A stretch of 40,880 bases of DNA. Source: Mogibacterium sp. Its GTDB lineage: Bacteria; Bacillota; Clostridia; Peptostreptococcales; Anaerovoracaceae. Under the pieces are notes generated by a model. It ran no database searches and was not told the origin of the DNA. It was given only the letters and a program-made list of their open reading frames with translations. The stretch is from assembly GCA_017433945.1 (NCBI GenBank), contig JAFRGH010000062.1:1-40880 (forward strand), read 5' to 3'. This document shows, piece by piece, positions 1-9,464 of the stretch (position 1 is the first letter of the stretch; every line of letters begins with the position of its first letter). A program made the position numbers and the translations under genes.

Positions 1-297
1 ACAAACGATGCTCTGAACTACCTGATCGAGAACATGACAGCTGTAGGTCCTGCTAAGGCAGCTAACGCCGGCGGAGTTGCCTGCTCCTGCATCGAGATGG
101 GCTAGAACGCAGGTCACACTGCATTCCAGCACCAGGCTGTTTATGATCAGCTCCACACTATCATGAAGAACATCTACTCTGCTTGCGCTAAGGCAGGAGA
201 GACATACTATGGCGACAAGAACGCTCTGGTACCTGGCGCTAACATCGCTGGTTTCGAGAGAGTTGCAAACGCTATGATGGCTCAGGGTCTTGTATAA
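1..297 (+). pseudogene. gdhA: 3' end (about 98 codons) of the NAD(P)-specific glutamate dehydrogenase gene, interrupted by an in-frame TAG at 103-105 (or mis-sequenced)
   Basis: Frame-1 translation ...GPAKAANAGGVACSCIEMG*NAGHTAF...VPGANIAGFERVANAMMAQGLV matches the conserved GDH C-terminus as I recall it for E. coli GdhA (...KAANAGGVATSGLEMAQNA...GANIAGFVKVADAMLAQGVI). TAA at 295-297 is followed by a strong terminator. The gene runs off the left edge. Confidence 0.8.
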
Positions 298-344
298 TCG
301 ATGACTCTTTAACAAAAGCGATTCGTGAATAACGGATTATCAGG

Positions 345-373
345 GGAGACTGCTTCGGCAGTCTCCTTTTTTT
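345..373 (+). terminator. Rho-independent terminator downstream of gdhA
   Basis: 9-bp stem GGAGACTGC/GCAGTCTCC with a TTCG loop (345-366), followed by a run of seven T (367-373). Confidence 0.85.
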
Positions 374-485
374 GAAACAGAACTGCATCGCTTCGGTCGT
401 GAATATGCCCTGCGGCGCCTCGCTCCCTGCCTTTTTTAACAAAATACACGTATAGAAGCCACTTATGTGATAAACTATATGAACT

Positions 486-2795
486 ATGAAAATGAATCTG
501 AACAGTGAACAAATCAAGGCGGTAGAGCATATCGACGGGCCGGTGCTGATACTGGCGGGGGCCGGTTCGGGCAAGACGGCCACCATGACTCACCGCATGG
601 CGTATATGATAGAGCAGGGGGTCGATCCTCACAATATCCTGGCGGTCACATTTACAAACAAGGCTGCCGCTGAGATGAGGAGCCGTGTGGCGGATCTCGT
701 ATCGGATACCCGCGGCATGTGGGTGATGACCTTCCATGCGATGTGTCTTCGTATGCTCAGATATTCGTGTGAGAGTCTGGGCTACAAGGCCGGATTCACG
801 GTCTATGACGAGACTGACCGCAAAGCTCTTGTGAAACGTGTCTGCAAGGATCTCAAGGTCGATGAGAAAGAGAACCCTGCAGCCATGCTGCAGTCTGTTA
901 TCAGCAAGTGCAAGGAAAGCGAGCAGGGACCGGATGAATACCTGGCCTCCACGCCGGGATTCGGCCAGTACCGGACCATAGCTGATGTATACAGGCGATA
1001 TCAGGAGGAGCTGATGGCGGCTAACGCCATGGATTTTGATGATCTCTTGTGGAACGGTGTCAGGCTGCTTGAAAAAGAAGCTGATGTGCTCAAATACTAT
1101 TCGGACAGATTCAGATATATAATGGTAGATGAGTATCAGGACACCAACTATCTGCAGTATAAAATGATAAGCATGCTTGCGTCGAAACACGGCAATCTCT
1201 GCGTTGTCGGTGATGACGATCAGTGCATATACCAGTGGAGAGGCGCGGATATACGCAACATACTCGATTTTGAGAATGATTTCAAAAATGCGTTTACGGT
1301 GAGACTTGAACAGAATTACAGGTCTGACGGCAATATACTGAAGCTTGCCAATTCAGTGATAAAGAACAACAGGTCGCGCAAGCAAAAAGCCCTGTGGACG
1401 GACAGGGAAGGCGGGGAAAAGATGACGTACCGCAGACTTGAGGATGAAAAGCAGGAGGCCTGGTGGACCGGCTCTGAGATCGAGAAGCTCAGAACGAAGG
1501 GCTATGCTTATAAGGATATCGCGATACTCTACCGCAAAAACGCTCAGTCAAGATCGTTTGAAGAAAAATTCAGCATAAGAGGCATACCCTACAGGGTGCT
1601 GGCGGGCCTGAGATACTATGACCGCAAGGAGGTCAAGGACGTCATGGCATACCTTCGCCTGATAGAGAATCCGGGTGACAATGTTTCCATGCTCAGGATA
1701 ATCAACGAGCCCAAAAGAGGCATAGGAGCCAAGACCCTTGCGGGTATAGAGGGCTACGCAGCATCATATGGAGAGAGCGTTTACGAGGCGATATGCGATG
1801 AGACTCTGCAGGCGTCACTAAGCAATAAGAGCAGATCGGCGATCCGTGAGCTGGTCCGGATGATACAGGATATCCGGGCTGAGCAGGACAATATGACGAT
1901 ATCCGATATTTATGACAATGTGCTGAACAGATCAGGATATCTTAAGGCTCTGGAGGATGCCGGAACGATAGAAGCCGATGGACGGATAGAGAACATAATG
2001 GAATTCAAATCCGTCATCGCCGAATTCGAAAAGGGACTGAATGACGGCAGCGTCGCTGCTCTGCAGGATGAGATGCGCGCGGACAGGCAGGCATTGATGG
2101 GACAAGGACTCGAAGCTGAAGAGCCGACAATGCTCGGAACGTTTCTCGAGCAGATAGCCCTGATGGCGGATATAGACAATCATGACGAGGACGAGGACGC
2201 GGTCGTACTGATGACGCTGCATTCCGCAAAAGGACTTGAATTTCCTGTGGTGTTCATGCCCGGAATGGAGAACGGAATGTTCCCGGGAGTATCAGCCTTT
2301 GAGGATGACGAAAAAATGGAGGAGGAGAGACGTCTGTGCTACGTGGGCATAACGCGCGCCATGAACAAGCTCTATCTGAGCGGCGCCCAGGTGAGGACTG
2401 TGTACGGCAGGACGGACTGGCAGACGGAATCGCTATTCCTCGATGAAATGGACAGGAGCTGTCTCGACGGCGATACCTTTGTTAAGGACCGCGCGAACGG
2501 CGGCCGGACTATGCTCGGCGACTATATCTTTGCCGGCAGGAGCCACGGAACGGCTGACGGCTATTTCGGCGAACCCGAAGCAAAGCCTTTCGACAGTCTG
2601 AGCGCTGCGCGCAAGGCGACACGCAGCAAAAAGGTAATAAACGATGAATTCGCAAATGGTGATATCGTGAGGCATCCGAAATTCGGTGAGGGAATGGTCA
2701 TCATGCAGGATGAAAAGACTATGACTGTCATCTTTGATGAATTCGGGGAAAAGAAGCTCGGCAAGGGTTTTGTAAAAATGGAGAAGGTGCGCTGA
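486..2795 (+). CDS. pcrA: ATP-dependent DNA helicase PcrA/UvrD (superfamily 1)
   Basis: 769-aa ORF with Walker A AGAGSGKT, motif II VDEYQDTN, QNYRS, TLHSAKGLEF and VGITRA. The stop overlaps the ligA start (TGATG), the conserved Firmicute pcrA-ligA arrangement. No clear SD is present; an alternative ATG lies at 492. Confidence 0.93.
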   Translation: MKMNLNSEQIKAVEHIDGPVLILAGAGSGKTATMTHRMAYMIEQGVDPHNILAVTFTNKAAAEMRSRVADLVSDTRGMWVMTFHAMCLRMLRYSCESLGYKAGFTVYDETDRKALVKRVCKDLKVDEKENPAAMLQSVISKCKESEQGPDEYLASTPGFGQYRTIADVYRRYQEELMAANAMDFDDLLWNGVRLLEKEADVLKYYSDRFRYIMVDEYQDTNYLQYKMISMLASKHGNLCVVGDDDQCIYQWRGADIRNILDFENDFKNAFTVRLEQNYRSDGNILKLANSVIKNNRSRKQKALWTDREGGEKMTYRRLEDEKQEAWWTGSEIEKLRTKGYAYKDIAILYRKNAQSRSFEEKFSIRGIPYRVLAGLRYYDRKEVKDVMAYLRLIENPGDNVSMLRIINEPKRGIGAKTLAGIEGYAASYGESVYEAICDETLQASLSNKSRSAIRELVRMIQDIRAEQDNMTISDIYDNVLNRSGYLKALEDAGTIEADGRIENIMEFKSVIAEFEKGLNDGSVAALQDEMRADRQALMGQGLEAEEPTMLGTFLEQIALMADIDNHDEDEDAVVLMTLHSAKGLEFPVVFMPGMENGMFPGVSAFEDDEKMEEERRLCYVGITRAMNKLYLSGAQVRTVYGRTDWQTESLFLDEMDRSCLDGDTFVKDRANGGRTMLGDYIFAGRSHGTADGYFGEPEAKPFDSLSAARKATRSKKVINDEFANGDIVRHPKFGEGMVIMQDEKTMTVIFDEFGEKKLGKGFVKMEKVR

Positions 2796-4750
2796 TGTTT
2801 GAAGAAAAAAAGAAACGGATAGACGAGCTGACGGAAAAACTCAATGAGGCGTCGCGTGCCTATTACGCTGACGGCATTGAGATCATCACGAATTTTGAAT
2901 ATGACGAGATGTACGATGAGCTGCTCGCTCTCGAGGATGAGACGGGTTACATACGTGATGACAGCCCGTCGATAAATGTCGGTTACGAGACTGCCGCGGG
3001 CCTGCCAAAGGTCACTCATGAGATCAAAATGCTCTCGCTTAATAAGACAAAGGACCGCGAAGAGCTCAGGAGCTGGCTGGGTGATCAAAAAGGTCTGCTT
3101 TCGTGGAAGCTGGACGGTCTTACAGTCGGACTTACCTATGAGAACGGCAGGCTGGTGCAGGGCGTGACGAGAGGAAACGGAATCGAGGGCGAACTGATAA
3201 CAGCCAATACTCTGGCATGCCGCAACATCCCGAAGTCTATTCCTCACAAGGGAAGAGTCATGGTCAGGGGGGAAGCTGTCATCAGATATTCGGATTTTGA
3301 AGAGATAAACGAGGCTATAGCCGATGCCGACGCTAAATACAAGAATCCGCGGAACCTGTGCAGCGGCAGCATACGTCAGCTTGACCCGCAGATCACGGCC
3401 GAAAGAAAAGTAAGATTTTACGCCTTCAGTCTCACCATGGTCGAGGGAATGGAGATAAACAGCCGCAGAGAGCGGATGGAGTGGCTCAGATCGCAGGGCT
3501 TTGAGATAGCGGACTATATCATGGTCGACAGCAGCAATCTGCTTGACACGATAGATCATTACGAGGAGGCCATAAAGACCTTCGATATTCCGTCGGACGG
3601 ACTGGTGCTGACGCTCGACGATGGCAGATATGCGGCGACTCTGGGCGAGACCGCCAAATTTCCGCGGGACGCAATAGCCTTCAAATGGCGCGACCAGTAC
3701 GCGGATACCGTTCTCCGCGAGATCGAGTGGAGTCCTTCGAGAACGGGACTGCTCAATTCGGTGGCGATATTTGATCCTGTTGAGCTTGAAGGAACGACTG
3801 TATCGAGGGCGTCTGTCCACAATATCAATATACTGGAGGATCTCGAGCTCGGCATAGGTGATACCATACGCGTATACAAGGCCAATATGATAATACCTCA
3901 GCTGAGCGACAATCTGACGCGCAGCGGCAATATGGAGATACCCGAGACCTGCCCGGTGTGCGGCGGCAGGGCTGTTATAAGGGACGATGAGGGCACGAAA
4001 ACGCTCAACTGCACCAATCCGGACTGCCTCGCCAAGCACGTGAAGAGATTCTCGCATTTTGTGTCGCGCGACGCTCTGAACATCGAGGGGCTGTCTGAGG
4101 CGGGGCTGCTGAAGCTGATCGGGATCTCGGCGATAAAGACTTTTCCTGATCTGTTCAGGCTGGCTGAATACAGAGATGAGATAGTGGAAATGGAGGGCTT
4201 CGGGCAGAAATCCTTCGATAATCTGCTCGCCTCGGCGGAGAGAGCGTCGCATACTACGCCTGCGAGACTGCTGTACGGCCTCGGCGTACCGGGCATAGGC
4301 GTCGCTACATCGAACCTTATTTCCCGGGCGTGCCGCAACAAGTGGAGCGAGATAGAGGCTCTCGATGAAGAGAGCCTTACGGATATAGACGGCATCGGCT
4401 CCGTGATGGCGGGCGATTACGTCAGATTCTTCGAGGATGAAGATAACAGAGCCTTGATCGATGAGCTGATGAATGTGCTTGAGCTTGACGAAAGCTACGA
4501 AGCGGCCGGCACCGGACTTGAAGGCAAGGTCTTTGTGATTACCGGCAGTCTTGAACACTATGCGAGCCGCAAGGAACTCAAGGCGGAGATAGAGGCCGAG
4601 GGCGGCAAGGTGGCCTCTTCGGTCTCGGCTAAGACGGATTATCTGATAACGAACGATCCGAACTCGGGATCGTCAAAAAACAGAACTGCTCATGAGCTGG
4701 GAGTTGCTATAATAACAGAGGATGAGATACGCGAAATGCTGGCGAAGTGA
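2795..4750 (+). CDS. ligA: NAD-dependent DNA ligase LigA
   Basis: 651-aa ORF with the adenylation motif KLDG (SWKLDGLTV), a Cys4 zinc finger CPVCGG...CTNPDC, a helix-hairpin-helix region and a C-terminal BRCT-like segment (KVFVITGSL...GSSKN). Confidence 0.93.
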   Translation: MFEEKKKRIDELTEKLNEASRAYYADGIEIITNFEYDEMYDELLALEDETGYIRDDSPSINVGYETAAGLPKVTHEIKMLSLNKTKDREELRSWLGDQKGLLSWKLDGLTVGLTYENGRLVQGVTRGNGIEGELITANTLACRNIPKSIPHKGRVMVRGEAVIRYSDFEEINEAIADADAKYKNPRNLCSGSIRQLDPQITAERKVRFYAFSLTMVEGMEINSRRERMEWLRSQGFEIADYIMVDSSNLLDTIDHYEEAIKTFDIPSDGLVLTLDDGRYAATLGETAKFPRDAIAFKWRDQYADTVLREIEWSPSRTGLLNSVAIFDPVELEGTTVSRASVHNINILEDLELGIGDTIRVYKANMIIPQLSDNLTRSGNMEIPETCPVCGGRAVIRDDEGTKTLNCTNPDCLAKHVKRFSHFVSRDALNIEGLSEAGLLKLIGISAIKTFPDLFRLAEYRDEIVEMEGFGQKSFDNLLASAERASHTTPARLLYGLGVPGIGVATSNLISRACRNKWSEIEALDEESLTDIDGIGSVMAGDYVRFFEDEDNRALIDELMNVLELDESYEAAGTGLEGKVFVITGSLEHYASRKELKAEIEAEGGKVASSVSAKTDYLITNDPNSGSSKNRTAHELGVAIITEDEIREMLAK

Positions 4751-4836
4751 GCCTGCAGGTGAAGCTGCAGGCCAGCTGACGGAAATGCGGAGCGGAGCGG
4801 ATGAACCGCTGAATTGCAGAAAGGAGGAACGGACCC

Positions 4837-6234
4837 ATGGATAATGTAAATATCGTGCCTGACATGGAACAGGCATACGATGAGTCCATCGAAAAAATAT
4901 TCGAGCTGCTGGAAGAGAAAAAATATTTCCGGTGCAGGGACGAGCTCCTGAAACACAACGAGGTCGAGATAGCGGAGATGCTGGTCGACATAAGGCGCGA
5001 ATTCGACCTCCAGAGGATGGTCGTGCTATTTCGCGCCCTCCCAAAGGACATCAGCGTGGATGTATTCGCGGAGCTGAGCATAGACGATCAGATCGACATC
5101 ATCAATATCATTACCGATCCCGAGATCAAGTACATACTCGACGAACTCGATTTTGACGATATGATCGACGTCCTCGAGGAGCTGCCGTCGAACATCGTAG
5201 ACAAGATACTCGACAAGACGCCCAAGAGCGAGCGCCGGATGATAAACAATTTCCTCAAATACAAGGAGGACAGCGCCGGCGCCCTGATGACGCCGGAATA
5301 CATCAACCTGAGCAAGAACTATACCGTCAGGCAGGCGCTCGATCACATCAAGGATGTGGGACTTGACTCGGAGACGATATACACCTGCTATGTGCTCGAC
5401 AGGGGCCGCAAGCTGATAGGCGTAGTTTCGCTCAAGGCGCTGGTCATTTCTGATGACAATAAGCTCGTTTCTGAGATAATGCATGATGACCCTGTCGTTG
5501 CCCACGTGGACGACGACCAGGAGGAGGTATCAGACCTCTTTACCAGATACGGCTATCTGGCTATTCCCGTCGTAGATAACGAGTTCAGACTGGTAGGTAT
5601 CGTAACGGTCGACGATATCCTGGACGTAATCGAGGAGGAGACCACAGAGGATATCGAGCGTATGGGCGGTATCATCGATACCTCCGACAGGGAGTACCTG
5701 GATCAGTCTGTGTTCCAGCATGTCAAGGCCAGACTGCCGTGGCTGTTCCTGCTGATGTGCTCGTATTTTATCACGGGCGGCATACTCGCAAGGTGTGAGG
5801 ACGCCATGTCCGCTGTGATCGCTCTCGTCATCTACATGCCTATGCTGATGGGAACGGGCGGCAACTCGGGCTCGCAGTCATCGACTCTTATCATCCGCGG
5901 TATGGCTACAGGCGAGATCGAGCTGAGAGATTTTATCAAGGTAATGTGGAAGGAGATCAGAGTCGGTATCATAGTCGGCATATGTCTGAGCGCCCTCAAC
6001 TATTTTCGAATAGTGTTCCTCGATCATAATCCGCCTATGGTGGCTGTCACTGTCTGCGTATCGATGATACTCATAGTTATCATAGCAAAGCTGATAGGAT
6101 CGATGCTGCCTATGGTCGCGAAAAGGATAGGCATCGACCCGGCGCTTATGGCGGGACCTATGATGGCTTCGATCACGGATATGATCTCGCTCTGCACGTA
6201 TTTTGTAATGGCGGGGCTTTTCCTGCATATCTGA
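4837..6234 (+). CDS. mgtE: Magnesium transporter MgtE
   Basis: 465-aa ORF with an acidic N-terminal MgtE-N domain, tandem CBS domains and a C-terminal membrane domain carrying GTGGNSGSQSS. SD AAAGGAGGA lies just upstream. Confidence 0.9.
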   Translation: MDNVNIVPDMEQAYDESIEKIFELLEEKKYFRCRDELLKHNEVEIAEMLVDIRREFDLQRMVVLFRALPKDISVDVFAELSIDDQIDIINIITDPEIKYILDELDFDDMIDVLEELPSNIVDKILDKTPKSERRMINNFLKYKEDSAGALMTPEYINLSKNYTVRQALDHIKDVGLDSETIYTCYVLDRGRKLIGVVSLKALVISDDNKLVSEIMHDDPVVAHVDDDQEEVSDLFTRYGYLAIPVVDNEFRLVGIVTVDDILDVIEEETTEDIERMGGIIDTSDREYLDQSVFQHVKARLPWLFLLMCSYFITGGILARCEDAMSAVIALVIYMPMLMGTGGNSGSQSSTLIIRGMATGEIELRDFIKVMWKEIRVGIIVGICLSALNYFRIVFLDHNPPMVAVTVCVSMILIVIIAKLIGSMLPMVAKRIGIDPALMAGPMMASITDMISLCTYFVMAGLFLHI

Positions 6235-6270
6235 ATGTGTAATAACTGCAATAAGGTATCTTGTTCAACT

Positions 6271-6300
6271 GCCGGATTGACATATCCGGCGGTTTCTGTC
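6271..6300 (+). terminator. Weak hairpin terminator after mgtE
   Basis: 7-bp stem GCCGGAT/ATCCGGC (6271-6290) followed by GGTTTCTGTC. The U-tract is poor. Confidence 0.35.
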
Positions 6301-6381
6301 ATTATGAGAATGTTCGGATTTATAATCGTATATACTTATTTGTTTATTTATTCTTTTGCAATTTGACAGGAGGGGAGACTA

Positions 6382-7203
6382 TTGAAAACTGTACAGGAGC
6401 TTAATGATATAGCCCGCAGTGTGAGGATCGATGCTCTGAGGGGCATCCATGCTGCCTCTGCCGGACATCCGGGCGGTTCATTATCGGTAACGGACATACT
6501 CGTTTCGCTGTATTTCAATGTAATGAACGTTGATCCGCAGGATCCGTGCGCGGAGGACAGGGACAGACTGGTCCTTTCGAAGGGCCATGCCGCACCGGCG
6601 CTTTACTCTACTCTGGCGCACAGAGGCTATTTTGACCCCGAAGAAATGCTGACTCTTCGCAAAACAGGCAGCAGACTGCAGGGCCATCCTGATATGCATA
6701 AATGCCCGGGGGTGGAGATGTCTACCGGTTCTCTCGGCCAGGGCTTTTCAAATGCCGTAGGTATGGCGGTCGCGGATAAGCTGGATGGAAAAAGCCGCAG
6801 GACCTTTGTTGTGACAGGTGACGGCGAGCTGCAGGAAGGCATCATATGGGAGGCTGCGCTGTCCGCGGCGAAATTCGGCCTCGATAATCTGATCGCTGTT
6901 GTTGACCTGAACGGTCTGCAGATAGACGGACGAGTTGATACCGTCAAAAAAGTCGTTCCTGTTGAGGATAAATTCGAGGCGTTCGGATGGGAGACGATGA
7001 GCGTTGACGGACATGACATGACGGCCCTGCTCGATGCATATGAAAAGGCGATGGCTGTAAAGGGCAAGCCTGTCTGCATCGTTGCGAAAACGGTCAAGGG
7101 CAAGGGCGTTTCGTTCATGGAGGATCAGGCAGGCTGGCACGGCAAGGCACCTAACGATGAACAGCTCGAAACAGCAATCGTAGAACTGGGAGGTGACAGA
7201 TAA
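6382..7203 (+). CDS. tkt: Transketolase, N-terminal (thiamine-diphosphate-binding) subunit
   Basis: 273-aa ORF with a TTG start preceded by GGAGGGGAG. Motifs GHPGGSLS, SKGHAAPALY and GDGELQEG are present. Confidence 0.9.
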   Translation: MKTVQELNDIARSVRIDALRGIHAASAGHPGGSLSVTDILVSLYFNVMNVDPQDPCAEDRDRLVLSKGHAAPALYSTLAHRGYFDPEEMLTLRKTGSRLQGHPDMHKCPGVEMSTGSLGQGFSNAVGMAVADKLDGKSRRTFVVTGDGELQEGIIWEAALSAAKFGLDNLIAVVDLNGLQIDGRVDTVKKVVPVEDKFEAFGWETMSVDGHDMTALLDAYEKAMAVKGKPVCIVAKTVKGKGVSFMEDQAGWHGKAPNDEQLETAIVELGGDR

Positions 7204-8138
7204 TGGCAGATGTCAAAAAGATCGCAACAAGAGAGGCGTACGGACAGTTCCTTGTGGAATACGGTGCTGATCACAAAAATCTTATAGTGATGAGCGCTGA
7301 CCTTTCAGGTTCGAATAAGACTGACGGATTCGAAAAAGCGTATCCGGAAAGATTCATAGAATCCGGCATTTCGGAGCAGGATATGCTTGCTGAAGCGGCG
7401 GGGATCGCTCACTCCGGCCATGTGGTAGCGGCAAGCTCTTTCGCAATGTTCGCGGCCGGCCGCGCTTATGAGATAGTACGCAATTCCATAGCTCATACCG
7501 GCGCGAATGTCAAGATATGCGCTACTCACGGCGGCATCACGGTTGGCGAAGACGGAGCTACACACCAGACCTTTGAGGATGTGGCTCTTATGAGAGTGCT
7601 GCCGGATATGAAAGTCATTGTTCCTGCAGACGCAGCCAGCACAAAGAAGCTGATGACTGAGGAATTCGGTGTTGAGGGACCGGCGTATTTCAGACTCGGC
7701 AGATCCGGAGTGCCTGCGGTATATTCGGAGGACGCGGAGCTTGAGGTCGGCAAAGGCGTGGTCCTCAGAGAGGGAAACGATGTCGCGATCATAGCCTGCG
7801 GAATCATGGTTTCCGCAGCTCTTGAAGCGGCAGAGCTGCTGCATTCAGAGGATATCGAGGCCAGAGTTATAGACATGCACACTATCAAGCCTCTTGATGA
7901 AGAAATGATAGTCAGGGCTGCCTCGGAATGCGGAAAGATCGTAACAGCGGAGGAACATTCGGTCATTGGCGGACTCGGCGGCGCGGTAGCGGAGGTTACT
8001 GCGCAGAAATGTCCTTGCAGGATCGCGATGGTCGGTCAGCATGATGTGTTCGGTGAATCCGGCAAGCCTGCTGAGCTGCTCAAAAAGTACGGAATGACAG
8101 CTGATGACATCGTCGCGGCGGTGAAATCGATCCGCTAA
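7203..8138 (+). CDS. tkt: Transketolase, C-terminal (pyrimidine-binding) subunit
   Basis: 311-aa ORF whose ATG overlaps the previous TAA (TAATG). Contains GISEQDM and GEDGATHQTFEDVALMR-type motifs typical of split transketolases. Confidence 0.9.
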   Translation: MADVKKIATREAYGQFLVEYGADHKNLIVMSADLSGSNKTDGFEKAYPERFIESGISEQDMLAEAAGIAHSGHVVAASSFAMFAAGRAYEIVRNSIAHTGANVKICATHGGITVGEDGATHQTFEDVALMRVLPDMKVIVPADAASTKKLMTEEFGVEGPAYFRLGRSGVPAVYSEDAELEVGKGVVLREGNDVAIIACGIMVSAALEAAELLHSEDIEARVIDMHTIKPLDEEMIVRAASECGKIVTAEEHSVIGGLGGAVAEVTAQKCPCRIAMVGQHDVFGESGKPAELLKKYGMTADDIVAAVKSIR

Positions 8139-8163
8139 TACGGATATTGATATAACATCGTGA

Positions 8164-8212
8164 CAAGAGGCCGGCGGGATCTGAAAAGTGTTCAGGTCCC
8201 GCCGGCCTCTTG
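8164..8212 (+). terminator. Long GC-rich hairpin after the transketolase genes
   Basis: 16-bp perfect stem CAAGAGGCCGGCGGGA/TCCCGCCGGCCTCTTG. No clear T-tract follows, so efficiency and direction are uncertain. Confidence 0.6.
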
Positions 8213-8254
8213 CGGCAGCTCCGCAGTTCCGCTAAAAATTTTTGTATACAGGCA

Positions 8255-8282
8255 TTGCATTTATGGACCGATGTGTTAAAAT
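8255..8282 (+). promoter_or_regulatory. Sigma-70-type promoter candidate (extended -10)
   Basis: TTGCAT (8255-8260), a 16-nt spacer, then TGtTAAAAT (-10 hexamer at 8277-8282), about 90 nt upstream of the 8371 start. Confidence 0.45.
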
Positions 8283-8370
8283 ATGCAAAGGAGAAGACAT
8301 AAAGGATTTTTCGGATTGCATATGGCTGGATCTCGAATTCCTGTACAGACAGGATCAGAGGGAGTGCAAG

Positions 8371-9264
8371 ATGAAAATTACAATACGCAGGATCTGTTCA
8401 ATGATTCTAAGCCTTACGGTCGCGCTCAGCATGAGTGCCGGCCTTGTTTTCGTTAGCTTTGCTGATGATGGAGCAACGGTCTCGCCGGTGAAGATAAATG
8501 CTCTGGCCCAGGATATCGGAGAAAATGATGATCCGGGTGAAGAGGATGAAACGACGCCGCCAGAGGAGACCTCGGAAGATGATACCGAGGATATCGCCGA
8601 TGATCTGCTTATAGCGCCGGAGGACGGTGATTACTACAACAAGGAGCTGACTGCCGAGTCCGGGCAGGGCTCGTTCCGCGTCCAGGTGCCTGACTCGGGG
8701 TATATTGAACTGACAAATGACTGCGGCGGCAGCGGCGAAGGCCCGGTCGTCGGCGTCAGGGCTGAGGGGTCTGATGAGATCCAGACACTTGAACCGGATT
8801 GCTCGCTGTACATGGGGGTCAAAGAAGGAATCTACAGCTTTGAGGTAAGCACCGATTCGGAATCATATGTTATAGGAGCTTCTTTCAATAAGGTAAGCGA
8901 ATCGGCATACGGAAGCAAAAAGAGCGAAGCGGCGGCAATAAAGAACGGAAAACTGTATAAGGGCTTGTTCTATGCGGGTGAGGGAAAGCAGGTCCACTGG
9001 TATAAATTCAAGAATCCTAAGGATCAGAGAGTGAATCTGGATGTCTTTGCCAAGATGAACGGCGGCTCGGCTGATAAGGCCATCAGGATATCTGTTTACG
9101 GCGGCAAAAAGCACAAGGACTTTTCGTTCACGACCGGCTCGATAGGAAAGAGGATCAACATATACAATGCCAAGAACAAGGGCAGACTTGTCAAAGGTAC
9201 TTATTATGTCAAGGTAGTCAGCCTGGGAGGCAGCAGCGGATCCTTCAAGCTCAGATGGAACTGA
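8371..9264 (+). CDS. Secreted hypothetical protein with a signal peptide, an acidic linker and two beta-sandwich (pre-peptidase C-terminal/PPC-like) regions
   Basis: The ATG at 8371 is preceded by AGAGGGAG and opens with a classic signal peptide, MKITIRRICSMILSLTVALSMSAGLVFVSFA. An Asp/Glu-rich linker follows. The C-terminal pattern (...HWYKFKNPKDQRVNLDV...GTYYVKVVSLGGSSGSFKLRW) is reminiscent of PPC domains. The 43-codon upstream extension in the ORF track lacks coding character. Confidence 0.75.
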   Translation: MKITIRRICSMILSLTVALSMSAGLVFVSFADDGATVSPVKINALAQDIGENDDPGEEDETTPPEETSEDDTEDIADDLLIAPEDGDYYNKELTAESGQGSFRVQVPDSGYIELTNDCGGSGEGPVVGVRAEGSDEIQTLEPDCSLYMGVKEGIYSFEVSTDSESYVIGASFNKVSESAYGSKKSEAAAIKNGKLYKGLFYAGEGKQVHWYKFKNPKDQRVNLDVFAKMNGGSADKAIRISVYGGKKHKDFSFTTGSIGKRINIYNAKNKGRLVKGTYYVKVVSLGGSSGSFKLRWN

Positions 9265-9319
9265 TAAACTGCTGTGAAGGAGCTGCTCCGCCTGCGGAAC
9301 GGAAACATACAGCAATGAT

Positions 9320-9352
9320 AAACCTGTGTATCTGATGATGCACAGGTTTTTT
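9320..9352 (+). terminator. Rho-independent terminator
   Basis: Stem AAACCTGTG/CACAGGTTT with a 12-nt loop, followed by a T-run. Confidence 0.8.
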
Positions 9353-9433
9353 AGTGATTTATACGGTGAAATCTGATACAATATCCTACCGGTCAGTCGT
9401 TATGCAAACGGCATTTTCGCATGGAAAATAAAC

Positions 9434-9464
9434 TTTTGAAAAATTTTTAAAAATTTTTTCAAAA
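9434..9464. repeat. 31-bp AT-only near-perfect palindrome
   Basis: TTTTGAAAAATTTTT / AAAAATTTTTTCAAAA, with one extra T in the right half. It lies in the 430-nt gap upstream of the ECF sigma gene. Confidence 0.9.

Noticed and set aside
103-105. The TAG in gdhA read as pyrrolysine or as a genome-wide TAG to Gln reassignment
   Set aside because: TAG functions as a genuine stop for the reductase gene (13941-13943), cbiC (27007-27009), cbiF (29007-29009), cbiG (30020-30022) and the hemC fusion (38361-38363). In each case the next gene starts within a few nt. GDH is not a methylamine methyltransferase, and no pyl genes or suppressor tRNA are in the window.
2561-4558. 665-aa ORF on the minus strand antisense to ligA
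   Set aside because: It overlaps a confidently identified + strand gene along its whole length. It has no SD and no recognisable motifs, and its composition is Arg/Ser/Leu-rich, typical of antisense frames of GC3-rich genes.
486-4750. The helicase plus ligase pair read as a possible defence or novel repair system
   Set aside because: pcrA-ligA is a conserved housekeeping operon in Firmicutes. Both proteins have complete canonical motifs and no extra domains.
4751-4836. Possible M-box (Mg) riboswitch upstream of mgtE
   Set aside because: The gap is only 86 nt, far shorter than an M-box aptamer. It contains just a small hairpin (GCCTGCAG/CTGCAGGC) and the SD.
8242-8370. 43-codon N-terminal extension of the secreted protein, starting at 8242 as in the ORF track
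   Set aside because: The extension overlaps the putative promoter. It has no SD and would bury the signal peptide internally. The ATG at 8371 has an SD and a canonical signal peptide.
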